Positions 59,174 to 64,000 of a DNA stretch of 64,000 nt are shown here, piece by piece (the first letter of the stretch is position 1; every line of letters begins with the position of its first letter). The notes under the pieces were generated by a model. It was given only the letters and a program-made list of their open reading frames with translations. It was not told the origin of the DNA and made no database searches. A program made the position numbers and the translations under genes. Source of the stretch: an uncultured Bacillales bacterium (lineage in GTDB: Bacteria; Bacillota_I; Bacilli_A; RFN20; CAG-449); the NCBI GenBank assembly GCA_946641515.1, contig CAMPBT010000001.1, positions 168,512 through 232,511 on the forward strand. The letters are read 5' to 3'.

Positions 59174-60748
59174 ATGGGAAACGAATTAAATAATAACGAA
59201 TACATTATTGAATTAAATGATGTTAAAAAAAGATATGATGATTCAGAAGTCTATGCTGTAGAAAGCTTTAATTTAAAAATTAAAAAAGGTGAATTCGTAA
59301 CTTTCCTTGGCCCTTCTGGATGTGGTAAAACTACTACTCTTAGAATGATTGCAGGTTTTGAAATGCCTACAGAAGGTCAGATCTTATTAGATGGACAAGA
59401 TATTTCTTTACTGCCACCTTATAAAAGACCTATTAATACAGTCTTCCAAAGATATGCTTTATTCACACATTTAAACATTTATAAAAATATCGCATTTGGT
59501 CTTCAATACAAAAGACTTCCTGATTTAAATAAACCTATCTTAAATAAAGATGGTTCACCTGTTCTTGATGAAGAAGGTAATCCAACTTATAAGATGAGAA
59601 AATTAACTAGAGCAGAAATTGACGCTAAAGTTAAAAGAGCACTTAAGTTAGTTGACCTTGAAGGCTTTGAAAAAAGAGCAGTTTCCACTTTATCAGGCGG
59701 TCAACAACAACGTATTGCAATTGCTCGAGCAATAGTTAACGAACCAACAATCTTACTTCTTGATGAACCTTTAGGTGCTCTTGACTTAAAGATGAGAAAA
59801 GAAATGCAGCTCGAATTAAAAGAAATGCATAAGAAATTAGGTATTACATTTATCTATGTTACTCACGATCAAGAAGAAGCTTTAACAATGTCAGATACTA
59901 TCGTTGTTATGAGTGATGGTGAAATTCAACAAGTTGGTACTCCAAAAGAAATTTATGATGAACCAGTTAATGCATTCGTTGCAGACTTTATTGGTGAATC
60001 ATCAATTTATACAGGTACAGTCTTAAAAGACAATAAGATTAAATTCTTAGGTGCAACTTGGGCATCTGATCCTGCAGATGAAGGTAAGTTTAATAAAAAC
60101 GAAAAAGTTGACGTTGTCATTAGACCAGAAGACGTTGAAATTACAAATAACGATGATGCAGTAGTTAAAGCAACTATTGTTTCAAAGATTTTCAAAGGTA
60201 TCCATTACGAATACATTATGATGGTTGGTAAAAATGAATTAATTTGCCAATCAACAAAAGAATATCATGAAGGTGATGTCGTTGGAATTTATGTTGAACC
60301 AACAAATATCCAAATCATGAAAAAACCATTTACATCTAACTATTTCGATGGACATATTACAAAGCATTACAACGTATCCTTTGCAGGTATCCATCATAAA
60401 TTTGATTTCTTAAAACTTTTCCCAGGATGCAAGCTTAATGAAGATGGCATCTTAGTAGATGAAAGAGGAGAAGTAAAAGATATTGAAGATGTACAGGTAA
60501 CTGTTGAAATTGGTTTTGATGATATGGAATTATCAGATAACCTTGATGCTTCACCAATCAATGGTGAAATCATTAATATGATTTATTTAGGTGACCACTA
60601 CGAAGTTACAGTTTGGGATGATGAAAGTGAAGAAGAGTTCATCGTTAATACACCAGACTTATGGAACTTAAATGACCATGTTGCTTTAGTTATTAAAGAA
60701 GATGGTCTTGATGTCACATTAAAAGGTGGAGATAAGAAACATGCCTAG
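59174..60748 (+). CDS. potA: Spermidine/putrescine ABC transporter ATP-binding protein with a ~150-aa C-terminal extension
   Basis: Walker A GPSGCGKTT, signature LSGGQQQRIAIARA and Walker B LLLDEPLGALD. It is 524 aa, against about 370 aa for typical PotA. Confidence 0.88.
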   Translation: MGNELNNNEYIIELNDVKKRYDDSEVYAVESFNLKIKKGEFVTFLGPSGCGKTTTLRMIAGFEMPTEGQILLDGQDISLLPPYKRPINTVFQRYALFTHLNIYKNIAFGLQYKRLPDLNKPILNKDGSPVLDEEGNPTYKMRKLTRAEIDAKVKRALKLVDLEGFEKRAVSTLSGGQQQRIAIARAIVNEPTILLLDEPLGALDLKMRKEMQLELKEMHKKLGITFIYVTHDQEEALTMSDTIVVMSDGEIQQVGTPKEIYDEPVNAFVADFIGESSIYTGTVLKDNKIKFLGATWASDPADEGKFNKNEKVDVVIRPEDVEITNNDDAVVKATIVSKIFKGIHYEYIMMVGKNELICQSTKEYHEGDVVGIYVEPTNIQIMKKPFTSNYFDGHITKHYNVSFAGIHHKFDFLKLFPGCKLNEDGILVDERGEVKDIEDVQVTVEIGFDDMELSDNLDASPINGEIINMIYLGDHYEVTVWDDESEEEFIVNTPDLWNLNDHVALVIKEDGLDVTLKGGDKKHA

Positions 60749-61571
60749 TTCACAAGGTCAGGCAGTTAAGAAGACTAAGAATCACGTAAGTGAACCAAGA
60801 AAAGCATTAACTATTCCTTATGCTGCATTCTTAGTACTCTTTGTTATTTTTCCTATCTTACTTATCTTCTTCTATGCTTTTACTGATAAACAGGGCAATT
60901 TTACTCTACAAAACTTCCAAGATGTTTTTGCAGGAGATGCCTCTAATGCTACATTCAAAGTCATTGGTACTTCTTTAGGTGTAGCAGCATTAACTACAGT
61001 AATTTGTATTATCCTTGCTTATCCTATTGCATATATTCTTGCAAATTCTAAATATAACAAAAATAAGATTGTAGTTTACTTATTCTTATTACCTATGTGG
61101 ATCAACTTTGTTATTAGAACTACTGCAACTAGAGATATGCTTCTATTAATTGGTATTGATTATCGTACAATGCCTTGGGTAACTTCAATTATTGGTATGG
61201 TTTATAACTATTTACCATTTGCAATCTTACCTTTATATAACACAATGTTAAAACTTGACAAGAGTCAAATTGAAGCTGCAGCAGATTTAGGCGCAAATCC
61301 ATTTGATGTCTTTGTTAAAACTATTATTCCTATGACAATTCCAGGAATTGTATCTGCAATTACTATGACTTTCATGCCAACAATGTCATCATACGTCATT
61401 ACAGATGCATTATCAGGAAGAACAATCACATTAATTGGTGGTTTAATTGAAAACAAATTCTTATTATCTCAGTTAAATGTTGGTTCAGTATATGCAATCT
61501 TAATGCTTATCTTAATCGGTGCATCAGTTGTATTTGAAAGACATTTCACAGAACAAGGAGGTAAACGTTAA
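60726..61571 (+). CDS. potB: Spermidine/putrescine ABC transporter permease
   Basis: 6-TM ABC permease with an EAA-like loop. It overlaps potA by 23 bp. Confidence 0.85.
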   Translation: MEIRNMPSSQGQAVKKTKNHVSEPRKALTIPYAAFLVLFVIFPILLIFFYAFTDKQGNFTLQNFQDVFAGDASNATFKVIGTSLGVAALTTVICIILAYPIAYILANSKYNKNKIVVYLFLLPMWINFVIRTTATRDMLLLIGIDYRTMPWVTSIIGMVYNYLPFAILPLYNTMLKLDKSQIEAAADLGANPFDVFVKTIIPMTIPGIVSAITMTFMPTMSSYVITDALSGRTITLIGGLIENKFLLSQLNVGSVYAILMLILIGASVVFERHFTEQGGKR

Positions 61572-62494
61572 TGAATAAACAAAATTTAAACGTTAATGAA
61601 AATAACGATTTACTTCTTAAAAAGAATAAAGTAGTTAACTATACTGCTGATGAAACTAATGCTTTATTAGTAAAGAAAGAAAATAGAGCAAAACGTAAAA
61701 AATTCGGTGCTTTATTCTTTGTATGGTTTATGTTAATCCTTCTTTATTTACCAATTGTATATTTAGTAGTCTATTCATTTACAGACGCTAAAGTCGTTGG
61801 CCAATGGACTGGATTTGGTGTTAAATCATACACATTATTATTTAATCCAAAAAATAAAGACTCATTAAAATTATGGGAAGCAACTTGGAATACTATTTGG
61901 GTTGCAGCGTTATCTTCTGTTTTATCAACAATACTTGGCACATTAGGTGCAGTTGGTATGCATTTCTTAGGTAAGAAACTTAAGACTGCTATGAATGTTG
62001 CAACACAAATTCCTATCGTTAATGCTGAAATTGTTATGGCGTTATCACTTGTAATTTTATTTGTCTTCTTAGGATTACCTACAAGTGCATTTTCTCTTAT
62101 TATTGGACACATGGTCTTAACTATTCCATTTGTCGTTATCAATGTTCAACCTAAGCTTGAACAAATGGATCCATCTTTATATGAAGCTGCTCTTGATTTA
62201 GGAGCAACAAGAAAAGATGCATTCTTCAAAGTTATGATTCCAGATATCTTACCAGGTATCTTATCTGGCTTTATGATTTCTTTAACATTATCACTTGATG
62301 ATTATGTTATTACAGAATTTACTAAGCCAACATCATCAAACTTTAATACTATTTCTACTTATGTCCAAAGTACTTTAGCAAAGGGAAATATTCCAATTCA
62401 ACTAAAGGCATTCTCAACAATCTTATTCTTATTCATTGTTGCAGCAATGATTGGATATTCAGTTTACAACTACAAACAATCTAAAAAAATCTAA
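61571..62494 (+). CDS. potC: Spermidine/putrescine ABC transporter permease
   Basis: 6-TM permease with the EAA loop (YEAALDLGATRKDAFFKV). Its start overlaps the potB stop. Confidence 0.85.
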   Translation: MNKQNLNVNENNDLLLKKNKVVNYTADETNALLVKKENRAKRKKFGALFFVWFMLILLYLPIVYLVVYSFTDAKVVGQWTGFGVKSYTLLFNPKNKDSLKLWEATWNTIWVAALSSVLSTILGTLGAVGMHFLGKKLKTAMNVATQIPIVNAEIVMALSLVILFVFLGLPTSAFSLIIGHMVLTIPFVVINVQPKLEQMDPSLYEAALDLGATRKDAFFKVMIPDILPGILSGFMISLTLSLDDYVITEFTKPTSSNFNTISTYVQSTLAKGNIPIQLKAFSTILFLFIVAAMIGYSVYNYKQSKKI

Positions 62495-62521
62495 TTAATT
62501 TTCTTATTTACGGAGGGACAA

Positions 62522-63865
62522 ATGAAAAAAATTAATTTATTAATTGCAGCAGGTGCTGCTTTAGCTTCAATGGGAAGTTTAGTTTCATGTGGATCAAGCG
62601 CTGATGTAACTATTACAGTTTACAATGCTGAAGACTACATTTATGAAGCAACAGACGATGACGGAAATCAAATTGATGGAGAAAAATCAACTATTGAAGG
62701 CTTCCAAGATTGGTACTATGAACAAACAGGTAAAACTATCGAAGTAAATTACCAAACATTCTCAACTATCGAAGAAATGTATTCTAAAATTAAAGCAGGA
62801 TCAATTAAGGCTGACTTAGTTTGTCCTTCAGACTACATGATTCAAAAGATGCAAAGAGAAGGTATGCTTGAATCATTTGGCTATGACTCAACAACAGATA
62901 AATATGGAGAGGATTTACAAAACGTAAATGACAATTTATCTCCATACATCAAAGATTTATTCAAGAAGAATTCTTTCTCAGATTATGCTGTTCCATATTT
63001 CTGGGGAACAATGGGTTATACATATAATCCAGAAAAAGTCGATACAGACAAAATTAATTCTTGGGAATTCCAGTGGAATCCAGTAGCACAAGATGGTACA
63101 TCACTTGCAAATATGATTTCAGTCAAAGATTCAGTTAGAGATACATATTTTACAGCAGTAATGCACGTTTATCATAACGAATTAATGACATTAAAAAATA
63201 AATTTGATGCAGGAACATTATCTGCAACAGAATACAATGATAGTTTAAGTGAAATCTTTAATAGAGTTGATTCAGAAACATTAACTAAAGCAAAAGCAGC
63301 TTTACTTGATTTAAAGAAAAAAGCAATTCTTGAAGTTGATGAAGGTAAATCTGATATCGTTAAAGGTATCTTAGTATCTAACTTAGCTTGGTCAGGTGAC
63401 GCAGTCTATGCTATGGATACAGCAGAAGAATCAGAAGTTTATTTAAATTACACAATTCCTCAAGAAGGTTCAAACGTTTGGTTTGATGGTTGGTGTATGC
63501 CAAAAGGTTCTAACGTTGAAGCATCTAAAGCTTTCGTTAACTACTTATCTCTTCCAGAAGTTGCTGCTAAGAACATGGAAGCAACAGGTTATACTTCTCC
63601 TCTTGCATGTGATGCAATCTGGGATTTAGTCAATGATTTATATGCAGCAGAAGAAGGTGCAACAGAAGTTGATGAAGTTGACTTATCATACTTCTTTGGT
63701 GAAGACCATAAGATTAATGTCTTAACTGAAGAAAGAGGAAGACAATTTGATGCTCAATATCCAGATGAAAATACAATTGCAAGATGCGCAGTCATGAAAG
63801 ACTTTGGCGATGAAGCAACTGAAGCTTTACATAGTATGTGGGGCGAATTCAAAGCTGGTAACTAG
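62522..63865 (+). CDS. potD: PotD-family spermidine/putrescine-binding lipoprotein (paralog 2)
   Basis: Lipobox LVSC. It is collinear and clearly homologous to the 56637..57977 product (ITVYNAEDYIYEATDDDGN, AVPYFWGTMGYTYNPEK, NLAWSGDAVYAM). Confidence 0.75.
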   Translation: MKKINLLIAAGAALASMGSLVSCGSSADVTITVYNAEDYIYEATDDDGNQIDGEKSTIEGFQDWYYEQTGKTIEVNYQTFSTIEEMYSKIKAGSIKADLVCPSDYMIQKMQREGMLESFGYDSTTDKYGEDLQNVNDNLSPYIKDLFKKNSFSDYAVPYFWGTMGYTYNPEKVDTDKINSWEFQWNPVAQDGTSLANMISVKDSVRDTYFTAVMHVYHNELMTLKNKFDAGTLSATEYNDSLSEIFNRVDSETLTKAKAALLDLKKKAILEVDEGKSDIVKGILVSNLAWSGDAVYAMDTAEESEVYLNYTIPQEGSNVWFDGWCMPKGSNVEASKAFVNYLSLPEVAAKNMEATGYTSPLACDAIWDLVNDLYAAEEGATEVDEVDLSYFFGEDHKINVLTEERGRQFDAQYPDENTIARCAVMKDFGDEATEALHSMWGEFKAGN

Positions 63866-63883
63866 TTTAAAATTACACTTATT

Positions 63884-63913
63884 AGAGGCTCAAAAATGAG
63901 TCTCTTTTCTTTT
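63884..63913 (+). terminator. Rho-independent terminator after the pot operon
   Basis: AGAGGCTCA-AAAAA-TGAGTCTCT hairpin followed by TTTTCTTTT. Confidence 0.6.
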
Positions 63914-64000
63914 ATTAAATCTAGACTTTATAATATTTTAAATATTATATAAAAAACAATTGCGTTTTTTTAAAATTAATTCTATTCTTCTTTATGGTAA

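Noticed and set aside
1-64000. Possibility of genetic code 4 (TGA=Trp), as in Mycoplasma
   Set aside because: Long conserved genes (dnaE, polA, pnp, tkt, feoB) are intact under the standard code with TGA stops, so the standard code applies.
1-64000. CRISPR arrays, rRNA/tRNA genes, transposases or integrases
   Set aside because: No arrays of regularly spaced repeats were seen. No tRNA T-loop/acceptor signatures, rRNA-like GC islands, transposase or recombinase ORFs were seen either. The only GC-rich islets are the two riboswitches and the tkt leader.

Overview
This 64-kb window is very AT-rich (by eye roughly 30% GC) and is read with the standard genetic code. TGA acts as a stop, and the large polA (867 aa) and dnaE (1001 aa) ORFs are intact, so this is not Mycoplasma code 4. 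The gene content points to an anaerobic, low-GC Firmicutes/Mollicutes-like organism: lipoproteins with LVSC-type lipoboxes, FeoAB, NfnAB, desulfoferrodoxin, D-lactate dehydrogenase, a divergent MreB and PotABCD. Most of the window is ordinary chromosomal backbone. It carries xpt followed by a purine-riboswitch-controlled BMP-family nucleoside ABC transporter, and the lipid genes plsC and dagK. It also carries nfnAB, cysK, a superoxide reductase, feoAB, an M18 aminopeptidase and an FMN riboswitch ahead of a RibU-like transporter. Further along are a GH3 glycosidase, gpmI, thiI, the infC-rpmI-rplT operon (AUU start with a leader attenuator), tkt, pnp, a dnaE-polA-(fpg::coaE fusion) operon, rpsU and a PuuR-like regulator with potABC flanked by two PotD paralogs. 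No CRISPR array, rRNA, tRNA or transposase was seen. The most unusual stretch is an extra-AT-rich island at about 46.6-49.4 kb. It has an ArpU/sigma-like regulator gene followed by four overlapping, translationally coupled ORFs for secreted or membrane proteins with no recognisable function, wedged between a thioredoxin-like lipoprotein gene and the replication/repair operon. Other items worth a second look are a membrane protein with an internal tandem duplication and a ribosomal-uL15-like C-terminus, a HEPN-like Rx4H motif fused to a CBS pair, and a thrice-repeated 6-6-6 palindromic operator around an HMA gene and the feoAB promoter. A 10-bp inverted repeat overlaps the dfx promoter, and a structured leader of unknown class sits ahead of tkt. 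Note that the ORF track prints M for TTG/GTG starts and often over-extends N-termini. Starts were re-picked where a Shine-Dalgarno sequence was visible.
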